64,000 nt of DNA, from positions 1,312,001 to 1,376,000 of the forward strand of contig OZ245003.1 of NCBI GenBank assembly GCA_965223425.1, read 5' to 3'. Both the position numbers and the translations under genes were made by a program. Positions 20,601-29,668 of this stretch are shown one piece after another (the stretch's first letter is position 1; each line of letters opens with the position of its first letter). The notes under the pieces are model-generated. The model was given only the letters and a program-made list of their open reading frames with translations. It was not told the DNA's origin and did not search any database. The DNA is from Nitrosopumilus sp. GTDB taxonomy: Archaea > Thermoproteota > Nitrososphaeria > Nitrososphaerales > Nitrosopumilaceae.

Positions 20601-20834
20601 ATGTCCATAACAACGATAAGGATAACCTCAGAGATCAAAAACGAGATAGCAAACAGGGCAAATTTTCCAGGCGAGACGATGGAGTCCATCCTAAAAAGAA
20701 TGCTTGAGCACTATGACATGGATCTTTACCTAAATAAGGAAGAGGTCAAGACAGTACAAAAAGGACTAGATGACATCAAAGCCGGACAGACAGTATCAAG
20801 CAGTGAACTCCGCAAAAAGCTGGGTCTCAAATAA
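20601..20834 (+). CDS. Putative antitoxin (RHH-like N-terminus, RelB-type partner)
   Basis: MSITTIRIT...GETMESIL...GLDDIKAGQTVSSSELRKKLG; TAATG overlap with the toxin. Confidence 0.8.
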   Translation: MSITTIRITSEIKNEIANRANFPGETMESILKRMLEHYDMDLYLNKEEVKTVQKGLDDIKAGQTVSSSELRKKLGLK

Positions 20835-22224
20835 TGTCTTGGAATGTGAGGTATTCAAATGAATCCATGTGTTTTCTAGAAAAGTTGATGGGCAGAAACC
20901 CCAACGATGTGCAGGCTATAGTGGGGTTGTCGCCAAATTCACATCAAGCTGCCACCACCGGGGTTGTCGCCAAATTCACATCAAGCTGCCACCACCTGAA
21001 TATTTCGCCTTGCGGCGCACTCTAGACGGTTTAACACTTCCAAGTTCCATCCTATTGTCTTGCACAGTCCAAACCGCCTTCTTGTGGATGTCTTTCTGAA
21101 CCTGCACAGCAACCTGTGGCCCTCTGTCTCCTCTGCTCCAAATATTCCCTCTATCATGCCTCGTTTTTTGTAGATCTCCCCGTCAAACAGCCCTGCGGCC
21201 TTTTTCCTGAACTTTTTTGTTCTGTTCACGGCATTGCCCCTCTGCTTTATGTTCGGGGTCATGCCGGCACCAAAGACAAGCCTGCAGTTCCTATCCGAAT
21301 CATACCCCCTGTCTGCGTTGAACCTGCCTGCAAAGGCAATGCCTGTCTTTTTGATCTTCTTTAGCAGCGAGGCAAAGACTGTAGTGTCTGCCATCCTGTT
21401 GGATGTGATGCGGCAGGAGAGTATGACCTGCAGGCCCAGTACCGAGGCCACGTGCCATTTCAGATACTTTTTTTGACGCTTTGCCTCCTGTTGTGCCTGT
21501 TTTTGGCCTTTTTTTGCACCCTTTCATACCTGTCAGTGGCAACGCCGCTGCTGTCTGATGCCAGCGCAAGATCAGAGGCATCAAATCCTGCAAGGCACGA
21601 TGCTGCCGTGACGGCAACCGTGTCCTCAAGCCACGCAACAGGAATCTTTTGCATGAACCTGGCAATGGTGCTGTGATCCGGCAGGGGTTCGTTCCACGGC
21701 ATCCTCAGCAGAGCTGCAAGATTCTCCATGTCCCTGAATGTAAAGTCAAGGCACACCGTGAGTATGCAGAGAAATGCAAGCTTGTTTTTGTCATGTACCG
21801 GTTTGCGCCCCGCACCAGACCTTCTGGCATGTACGGGACACGGATTTTTCACAATCAAAGAAACTATATGGGACGTGAGAAAATCCAGTTCTCGGGTGTG
21901 GGCATCGTGATAGTACTTCCAGTACTGATCACGTCTCTTATGGTATGTCATTGGGAAACCCACACCTCCCTGATCAATATGCGTGAAAAATCACAAAATT
22001 AGATCATTTGGTCGAATTTGGCGACAACCCCGGCTATAGTAGACAAAGTAGATGAAATTGCAGAAGGGCACCCTTATCCGTTTATCAAAAAGATGAGAGG
22101 CATTCCGCTTTACTCTCTGAGAGTAGGCAGATACAGGGCGATCTTGCAGCTTTGGAACAGAAAGATGATAGTCTACGTTGTCAAGATAGCAGATAGAAGT
22201 TTGGCGTATCAAAATCTAACGTAG
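20834..22224 (+). pseudogene. RelE/ParE-family toxin split by an IS5-family element
   Basis: MSWNVRYS...VQAIV + DKVDEIAEGHP...IKKMRG...YSLRVGRYRAI...IADR join in frame once the IS and one TSD are removed. Confidence 0.9.
20923..22031 (-). mobile_element. IS5-family element; transposase in two ORFs (21460-21963, 20981-21451) joined near an A7 run
   Basis: 18-bp TIR GGGGTTGTCGCCAAATTC; 9-bp TSD GGCTATAGT (20914-20922, 22032-22040); PDHSTI, DSSG, ADRGYD, IEGIFG. Confidence 0.93.
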
Positions 22225-22353
22225 TCTTGGAAGGACAGTCGGTATTAGCGTTTGCAATTCCAACAACACGTTACCTGCAGACTTGCGTTAACTGTAAATG
22301 GCATCATCTCATGCGTTCCCATCTGCACAAAATAAACGCAGTCAGCCAAGACA

Positions 22354-23570
22354 GTACCGTGTTGCATAACTCGGCCTGATCACATCCCGTTCGTCCCAGG
22401 ATCCATGCACTTGCTCCCCTACATTGCTGCTGCCACCCACCGGTTGTACATGGCAATCCTCACCCTTGCCTCTCTTACCATGCTCTCCCATTTGCGTGAG
22501 AGCAGATGCTCTCCGAACATCCGCTTGAATGCGGAGATGATTGCCCCTATTCTCCACCTTTTGCCGTACCCTACAGTCGACTTCCAGTATCTTCTGTTCT
22601 CCTTTTTCTGTTCCACTGTCCGTCCCTTGACGTGCATGTCTGCGCTGCCTCCCAGCTGCTCTTTCACGGCCCGGTTCCACGCCTTGCCGTCATCGCCCCT
22701 GCCGCTCTCAGTAAAGCACGGTTTGAGGGGCACAAGCGGCTCGATGCCCTTCCTCCTGCACGCATTCATGTTTTTCTTGGAGGCATATGCGCAGTCTGCA
22801 AGCAGGCTGGCACTTGGCACTTCTTCTTCTTCTTCTTCCTTGCCGCCTGCCGAACCGGCAAGCGGAGAGACTCCGTCTGCAAGCATGTTTGGCCTCCTTC
22901 TCGCATCGTCCTTCCCGGTCTTGGCAAACGGTTCGGCTGCTGCCTGATCCGGCAGATCCCGCAGTACCGGCGAGTCGCCGGTTCTGTCGTCTGTGACTAC
23001 GGCAGCCAGTATCATGCCGGTGTCCGCATCTGCCAGCAGGTGCATCTTGACATACCCCCTGCGCACCACCACCTTCCACTTGTCGCGTATCCGTTCTCCG
23101 CGGTTCCACTGTCTGAGTCCGGTGGCATCGGCCACCAGGGTTACGTGCCGGGATGCATCATGAACGTATATGGCGTTGCCGTGAATGCTAATGTCAAATT
23201 TCTCCATTCTTCTGCACACGTGGTATGGTGCGGCAAGTCGTGTCCCTCAAGCATCTTGTCTGCCATCCCGGACAGCTGCCTGAATGGAACGCCGAGGGCG
23301 GTTCTCAGTGCGGCTGTCATGTGATCATGGTGTCTGCATACTGGAACTGGGCCCCCTCCTCCTTGCCGCAGTTGGCCTGCCTTACCTCGCAGCTCCAGTC
23401 AGGGTTGTACTGCACTACCAGCTCTGCACCACGCCGTACGTACTTTGCATTATCGGTCAACACTTGGAGCATGCTGTCATGATCTAAAGCTTTTTCGGTC
23501 AGAAACATGTGTGTTTGTTGGTCAGTTTAAACTGCGTGGCAGATTTTAGGCGTGTTGTGCAACAAGCTAC
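22354..23570 (-). mobile_element. Degenerate IS5-family (IS903-like) element; ends approximate
   Basis: DATG, KMHL, ADCAY, RWRIGAIISAFKRMFG; imperfect TIRs containing TGTTGCA(T/C)AAC; frameshifted. Confidence 0.85.
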
Positions 23571-23821
23571 CATACGATCCTGGAGGCCCGGGATAGGGAC
23601 ACATTTCCATGTACTGAACAAGCATGGCAATCCAATGGGAAATCAAGACATAAACCAAATTCAAAAAACAATACAAAATTCTTGCTTCTCAAACCAAGCA
23701 AAGTATAAATCAAGCAATACAAGAACTAAGAAACTCTGAAAACCCCACTAGATTGGGAGGTGACTTTGTACCAAAATTTTCGGAAGATAGATTAACCTCG
23801 ATTTCAATCTACAAATTATTA

Positions 23822-24082
23822 ATGCCTGCTTTTAACGTACATGTAACCATTGAAAATAAAACCGGTATTAGTGATCCTGAGGGAGATACCATTTTGAATG
23901 ATCTAGTTCTAAAAGGAACACACAAAACAATTTCAAAAATTAAAACTGCAAAAATGCTAAAATTCACAATCAAAGAAAAAGACACTAAAGCCGCTCAATC
24001 AAAAGTACAAGAGGTTTGTGATGAACTGCGAATATACAATCCCATGGTAAGCAAAGTGTCTTTTGTTTGCTATAAAGCATGA
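23822..24082 (+). CDS. purS: FGAM synthase subunit PurS
   Basis: ENKTGISDPEG...YNPMV; upstream of purQ-purL. Confidence 0.9.
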   Translation: MPAFNVHVTIENKTGISDPEGDTILNDLVLKGTHKTISKIKTAKMLKFTIKEKDTKAAQSKVQEVCDELRIYNPMVSKVSFVCYKA

Positions 24083-24587
24083 TTGCTCTTAGAATGGTGA
24101 ACTTGTCCCAATCTGTTCCTTCTAGCCAACAGTAGTTCTGTGGCCCTTCCTTGCCTGTTCTGCCCTCTGCCTCTTCTTTACTCTTCAAGCCCCTTTCTTC
24201 TTGTAATTCCATTTCTGTCTCAGTGAATACTTTTTCAATTGCACTCATCTGGCATTTGCCAATTTTTTTGCAGTTGGGCCAGTAACACAAGCAGCCTCAC
24301 CTGACATGCATTCCATTAATGTACATCCTAATTACAAACGGCATCTTTGGCAGAAACCCCACCTGCCATCTGTTTTCTTGTAGAAACAACTTCTGCAAAT
24401 GACATTGCAGGTATGATTCCTTTGATGGAATTAACGCTAAAACGAAAACTTTCACAAAAATCCTTGCAGTTTACATAAACAAAGCAATGCCTGTTTAATC
24501 TTTGAGTCAAATAGCGCATAAATTTCCTCAGAGATCGCTTGTTTTTGACCCGATTCAAATTAAATATCGCCGAGTGTAATTACACTT

Positions 24588-25268
24588 GTGAAGGTTGGAG
24601 TTGTAGTTTTTCCTGGCAGTAATTGCGATCGTGACATGTACCATGTTTTAACTGATGTCTTTAACCTTGACGCACAATATTATTGGCATGAAAAACCTCT
24701 CCCAAAAAACATTGATGCTGTAATACTTCCCGGTGGATTCTCTTATGGGGATAGGTTAAGAGCTGGTGTGATTGCCGCTCACAGCCCAATTATTAAAGAC
24801 GTACAAAAAATGGCAGAAAAAGGAATTCCGATTTTAGGCGTATGCAATGGGTTTCAAATTCTTGTAGAATCTGGATTGCTTCCTGGAGTTTTACTCAAAA
24901 ATGAATCCCTTAACTTTATGTGCGAGTGGACAAATCTGGTTGTTGAAAACAACAAGACACCATTTACGAACCAATTCAAACTACATGAAAAAATTCCCAT
25001 TCCTATCGCAAATGGTGAGGGACGGTACTATGTTGATGATGACACACTAGAACAATTACAGAAAAAAAACCAAGTTGTATTTAGATATGGCCAAGTTGTA
25101 AACGGGTCTTCAAACAGAATTGCAGGTGTTTGCAATCCTGACGGCAATGTTGTTGGCATGATGCCTCATCCAGAAAGAGCAGTCGAGTCTGAAATCAACC
25201 CCGTTGATAACAAGCCCGCTTCTTTAATTTTTGAATCTTTGCTGACAAAAATAGGTGTTAGCAATTGA
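24588..25268 (+). CDS. purQ: FGAM synthase subunit PurQ
   Basis: FPGSNCD, PGGFSYGD, GVCNGFQ, GMMPHPER. Confidence 0.97.
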   Translation: MKVGVVVFPGSNCDRDMYHVLTDVFNLDAQYYWHEKPLPKNIDAVILPGGFSYGDRLRAGVIAAHSPIIKDVQKMAEKGIPILGVCNGFQILVESGLLPGVLLKNESLNFMCEWTNLVVENNKTPFTNQFKLHEKIPIPIANGEGRYYVDDDTLEQLQKKNQVVFRYGQVVNGSSNRIAGVCNPDGNVVGMMPHPERAVESEINPVDNKPASLIFESLLTKIGVSN

Positions 25269-27430
25269 GTTTAGAGTCTCAAGAACTATCTGAATTAAAA
25301 TCAAAAATTGGCAGAAATCCAACTTCGACTGAGCTACAGATTGTAGCTGCAGAATGGTCTGAGCACTGTTCATACAAATCATCAAAAAAACATCTCAAAA
25401 TGCTTCCTATGAAGGGACCCCTTGTGATTCATGAGAAAGGATATGACTCTGGCGTGTTAGATGTCGGTAACGGATATGTCGTTACTGCGCATATTGAGAG
25501 TCATAATCATCCATCAGCTGTTGAACCGTATGGCGGCGCTGCAACCGGGGTGGGCGGTGTCATTCGAGATATCTTGTCTGCGGGAACGCGACCGATTGCA
25601 ATACTTGATGGGCTACGTTTTGGAAACATAGAAAGAGATCAACAAGCAAGATGGCTTTTCAAAAATGCAGTTACGGGAATCGCAGATTATGGAAATTGTT
25701 TAGGCATTCCAACAGTTGGCGGTGAGGTTGAATTTGACGATTGTTATCAAAACTATGCGCTAGTTGATGTTGCAGCAGTTGGATTTGGAAAAAAAGAGAA
25801 CATGATAAAAAACCATGCAAAGAAAGGGGATTTGGTGATTCTGCTTGGAGGCCCTACTGGAAGAGATGGGATGGGAGGCTCGCAGTTTGCATCTGATTCT
25901 TTAGAGTCTGAGGATCGCTCTGCCGTGCAAATACCTGACCCGTTCATTGAGAAACTAATTATTGAAGCTATTCTGGAGGCTAGAAACCATAAGCTGATTC
26001 ATGCCATGAAAGATCTTGGAGGGGGAGGCCTTTCGTGTGCAGTTTCAGAGACTGCAGACGCGTTAGAGGTTGGAATAGAGATGGATGTTGACATGGTTCA
26101 TACCCGCGAATCAAGCATGCGTCCAGATGAAATCATGGTGTCTGAATCACAAGAAAGAATGCTAATTATCACAAGTAAACCTAAATTAAAAAAATTACAA
26201 GAAATTTGCAAAAAATTCCGCATTGCATGCTCTGTCATTGGCAAAGTAAAATCAGATAATAGCATGCACGTAACAAAAGGCAAAAAGATATTTGCGCATC
26301 TTCCAACTGATGTGGTGGCAAATGCCACTCTTCTGGATTTGCCTTCCAAAAAACCCGTTTACCTGGATGGGATCGAAAAAGAAAAAAGCCTCAAAACTGT
26401 TTCTGATTATTCTAAAACAATGATGAGATTACTTGCCTCCCCAAATATAGCAAGCAAGATCTGGGTTTATGGCCAATATGATCACGAGGTAGGAATCAGA
26501 ACTGTTGTAAAACCTGGACATGATGCGTCTGTTTTACGGCTAGACAACGGGAAATTTCTTTCTGTAAAAATTGATGGAAATCCAAAACAGTGCTACATCA
26601 ACCCACGGGAAGGCGCAATAGGCTGCTTTGAGGAGGCATGTAGAAACGTTGTCTGTACTGGTGCAAAACCAATCGGCATGCTTGATCACCTCCAATTTGG
26701 AAATCCAAAAGACCCTGAAATTTTCTGGACGTTCTTAGAGTCCTTGAAAGGGCTGGCCGATTTTGCAAAAGACACGAAAATACCGTGTGTTGGAGGCAAG
26801 GTTAGCCTGTATAACGAAACTCCGATTGGACCAATAAAACCGACTCCTCTAATTGGCGTACTGGGACTAATTGACAAAAGGCCACTTGTGCCTCAAAAGA
26901 TTGCAGAAGGTGACTGTCTAGTAATTGTTGGAGATACCAAAGACGAGATGGGCGGTTCTGAGTATTTTGAATATGTGCATAAATTCATTGGAGGAAAGTG
27001 CCCTTCTGTTAATTTTGTTGAATCAAAGAAAAATATGAACGCAGTTTTGGATTCCGTAAAGAATCAATTGCTAAAATCTGCCCATGATTGCTCAAAAGGC
27101 GGGCTGGCAATCGCCGTATCTGAGCTTTGTATGACAAATAAAATTGGTTGCAAGGTGTCCCTTGGTAAAATTCCTGGAGAAAAACTTGCCGAAGATAGAC
27201 TGTTGTTTTCTGAAAGCCATTCTCGCTATCTGTTAACTGTAAGCAAAAAGAATCTCAAAAAACTAGAGACATTACTCAAAAGGAACAAAGTCTCATTTGG
27301 TCAAATCAGTCAGTTTAAAGGAGAAAAAATTCAGTTTGTAAAGGGAACAAAACCTGTTATTGATCTAAGCGTTGATAAGGCGCAAAAAACCTGGTTAAGC
27401 TCGTTAAGGGATTTGGTGCTTCATGGTTAA
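25265..27430 (+). CDS. purL: FGAM synthase subunit PurL
   Basis: WSEHCSYK, ESHNHPS, SESQERM, GGKVSLYN. Confidence 0.97.
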   Translation: MSLESQELSELKSKIGRNPTSTELQIVAAEWSEHCSYKSSKKHLKMLPMKGPLVIHEKGYDSGVLDVGNGYVVTAHIESHNHPSAVEPYGGAATGVGGVIRDILSAGTRPIAILDGLRFGNIERDQQARWLFKNAVTGIADYGNCLGIPTVGGEVEFDDCYQNYALVDVAAVGFGKKENMIKNHAKKGDLVILLGGPTGRDGMGGSQFASDSLESEDRSAVQIPDPFIEKLIIEAILEARNHKLIHAMKDLGGGGLSCAVSETADALEVGIEMDVDMVHTRESSMRPDEIMVSESQERMLIITSKPKLKKLQEICKKFRIACSVIGKVKSDNSMHVTKGKKIFAHLPTDVVANATLLDLPSKKPVYLDGIEKEKSLKTVSDYSKTMMRLLASPNIASKIWVYGQYDHEVGIRTVVKPGHDASVLRLDNGKFLSVKIDGNPKQCYINPREGAIGCFEEACRNVVCTGAKPIGMLDHLQFGNPKDPEIFWTFLESLKGLADFAKDTKIPCVGGKVSLYNETPIGPIKPTPLIGVLGLIDKRPLVPQKIAEGDCLVIVGDTKDEMGGSEYFEYVHKFIGGKCPSVNFVESKKNMNAVLDSVKNQLLKSAHDCSKGGLAIAVSELCMTNKIGCKVSLGKIPGEKLAEDRLLFSESHSRYLLTVSKKNLKKLETLLKRNKVSFGQISQFKGEKIQFVKGTKPVIDLSVDKAQKTWLSSLRDLVLHG

Positions 27431-28856
27431 AGAAAATTGCGGCGTAGTTGGAATCTACAGTCTAAGCGGTACTAATGTCGTTCCAATGGTAATTGATGCG
27501 CTACGCGCACTACAGCATAGGGGCCAGGAAGCATGGGGTCTTGCTGTTCCAAACAAACCTCCCCTAAAAAGACTGGGACTAGTCTCAGCAGCATCATCGG
27601 AATTTAAAAAAATTGCAGAAGACTATGCATCTCCTGCTGTAATTGGGCACGTGCGATATTCTACAATTGGGAAAAGCTCGCTTGAAAACGCACAGCCCCT
27701 AAAAGTAAAGGATCTCTGCATTGCTCATAATGGAACAATTGCAAATGTTCAAGAGTTATCAAACCTCGTGGGGGGGTGTTCATTTACACCTCAAAACGCA
27801 AGTGACACGCTTGTTGCAGCACAAAGACTTGTCTCGTTAATTTCTGAAAAGGGACAAATGGGAAAGGCACTCTCAGTTCTGAAAAACGAGATGGTTGGCT
27901 CTTACTGTTTTACATTTATCTCCGATGACGGCTCTGTTTATGCTGCACGTGATCCAAAAGGGTTCCGTCCAATGGTTCTAGGACACAAAGAGACAGACGA
28001 TACCTTCATTGTTGCATCTGAATCCTCTGCATTATCTGCAGTGGGTGCCAAGTTAGAGCGAAATGTAAATCCTGGTGAACTAATCAGACTGAGCCAGGAC
28101 GGGTTAGAGACAGAACGGTTCTCCGATGATCCTGCGCGCGCGCATTGCTCTTTTGAGTTCACTTATTTTGCGCATCCGTCAAGTAACATGGAGGGAGCTA
28201 ACATCTATGTCGCAAGAAAAAATATTGGCAAGTTTTTGGCAAAAAAATTCCCTATACCTGATGCTGATTTAGTAATACCCGTGCCAGATTCTGCAAGGCC
28301 TGCTGCACTTGGATATGCTCAAGAGCTTGGCGTATCCTTTGACGAGGGATTACTCAAAGACAGATACAGCAAAAAAGGGCCATTACGAAGTTTCATCGAG
28401 CCGCATCAAACTGACAGAGTCGAAATCAACAGATGGATTATACCCATCCGAGAAATAATTGAGGGAAGGCACGTTGTCGTAATTGATGATAGTTTAGTTA
28501 GAGGAACCAGCTCAAAGGCCATAATCAAGGCTTTACGTCGAGCAGGCGCTAGAAAAATTAGCATGGTGATCACATATCCCCCAATCAAGTTCCCATGCTA
28601 TGCTGGGATTGATTTTCCTTCCCAAGAAGAGCTTGCAACCTTTTCAAATGGAAAAGACATGACCCAAGACGAAACTACTGAGATGATCCGACAGAGTATC
28701 GGTGCTGACTTTTTAGGATACAATGATGCTGAAAATCTTGCAGCAGCTGTTGGAATCCCCACGGATTCTATGTGTTTTACATGTTCATCAGGCAACTATG
28801 AATCACTTGGAATTGTCCCGAAATTTAGAAGCAGAGAAGAGATGAAAGGCGAATAG
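27423..28856 (+). CDS. purF: Amidophosphoribosyltransferase PurF
   Basis: ENCGVVG, LQHRGQE, GHVRYST, VIDDSLVRGT. Confidence 0.97.
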   Translation: MVKENCGVVGIYSLSGTNVVPMVIDALRALQHRGQEAWGLAVPNKPPLKRLGLVSAASSEFKKIAEDYASPAVIGHVRYSTIGKSSLENAQPLKVKDLCIAHNGTIANVQELSNLVGGCSFTPQNASDTLVAAQRLVSLISEKGQMGKALSVLKNEMVGSYCFTFISDDGSVYAARDPKGFRPMVLGHKETDDTFIVASESSALSAVGAKLERNVNPGELIRLSQDGLETERFSDDPARAHCSFEFTYFAHPSSNMEGANIYVARKNIGKFLAKKFPIPDADLVIPVPDSARPAALGYAQELGVSFDEGLLKDRYSKKGPLRSFIEPHQTDRVEINRWIIPIREIIEGRHVVVIDDSLVRGTSSKAIIKALRRAGARKISMVITYPPIKFPCYAGIDFPSQEELATFSNGKDMTQDETTEMIRQSIGADFLGYNDAENLAAAVGIPTDSMCFTCSSGNYESLGIVPKFRSREEMKGE

Positions 28857-28858
28857 TC

Positions 28859-29152
28859 GTGCAAGCCATTTGGAATGATGTTGTAATTGCTGAAAGTGAT
28901 AATACAGTTGTAGTTGAGGGAAACCATTATTTTCCATTTGACTCGATAAAACAGGAATATTTTCAAAAAACTGATTTGACTTCTTTTTGCGGCTGGAAGG
29001 GAACAGCAAATTACTATTCAGTCACCGTTAATGGAAAAACCAACAAGGACTGTGCATGGTACTATGCAGAACCAAATGACGCTGCCATGAAAATCAAAGG
29101 AATGGTGGCTTTTTGGAATGGTGTTACAGTAAAGCCTTCCCAGAAGCACTAA
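28859..29152 (+). CDS. DUF427 family protein
   Basis: VEGNHYFP, CGWKGTANYY, AWYY, VAFW. Confidence 0.88.
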   Translation: MQAIWNDVVIAESDNTVVVEGNHYFPFDSIKQEYFQKTDLTSFCGWKGTANYYSVTVNGKTNKDCAWYYAEPNDAAMKIKGMVAFWNGVTVKPSQKH

Positions 29153-29214
29153 ATTTTCCTCTGAACTGTAACCCGTAATTCGTGATTCTACAGATTCTGG
29201 ACGTGTGTGATTCT

Positions 29215-29324
29215 TTGTAGTAGAAAGTTTCCCCTCTTGGTAATTTCTACTTGCCATATCCAGATTTACAGTTCCAGAGGGGGGAGAATTGTAGTAGAAA
29301 GTTTCCCCTCTTGGTAATTTCTAC
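29215..29324. repeat. Two identical 36-bp hairpin-like repeats separated by 38 bp
   Basis: TTGTAGTAGAAAGTTTCCCCTCTTGGTAATTTCTAC at 29215-29250 and 29289-29324. Confidence 0.9.
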
Positions 29325-29501
29325 GAAGTACTTCTGGGAAGACTACTGAAAACGCAAACTATATTATCAAACCTTTTCATAGCCATATATTGGAAAATAA
29401 TTCGTCTGCCAGAGTAGGCGTCTCTAGTCTAATAAATTACATGGATGCAAGCTGTTGTTGTTGTTGTTGTTGCCATGCGTCAAAATTATCTGCCTCCTTT
29501 C

Positions 29502-29617
29502 TGCACGTAACCTTTGATACTCCGCCCGCGGGGGGGGGGGACTCCAACTGCACCTTAAACGTCAGCATGGTCATGGCATGCACGTAACCTTTGATACTCC
29601 GCCCGCGGGGGGGGGGG
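29502..29617. repeat. Two 39-bp direct repeats each ending in G11
   Basis: TGCACGTAACCTTTGATACTCCGCCCGC(G)11 at 29502-29540 and 29579-29617; (TGT)n microsatellite at about 29453-29472. Confidence 0.9.
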
Positions 29618-29668
29618 TTAGTAGCAGCAGTAATAGTGGGAGAAGAAAAGTACAGGAGAGTCTGAGAG

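Noticed and set aside
29241-29252. TAATTTCTACT resembling a Cas12a repeat
   Set aside because: The complementary arm is upstream rather than downstream, and no type V effector is adjacent.
29215-29340. Replication origin (ORB-like GTTCCAG/G-string)
   Set aside because: Only loose similarity, and no cdc6/orc1 in the window.
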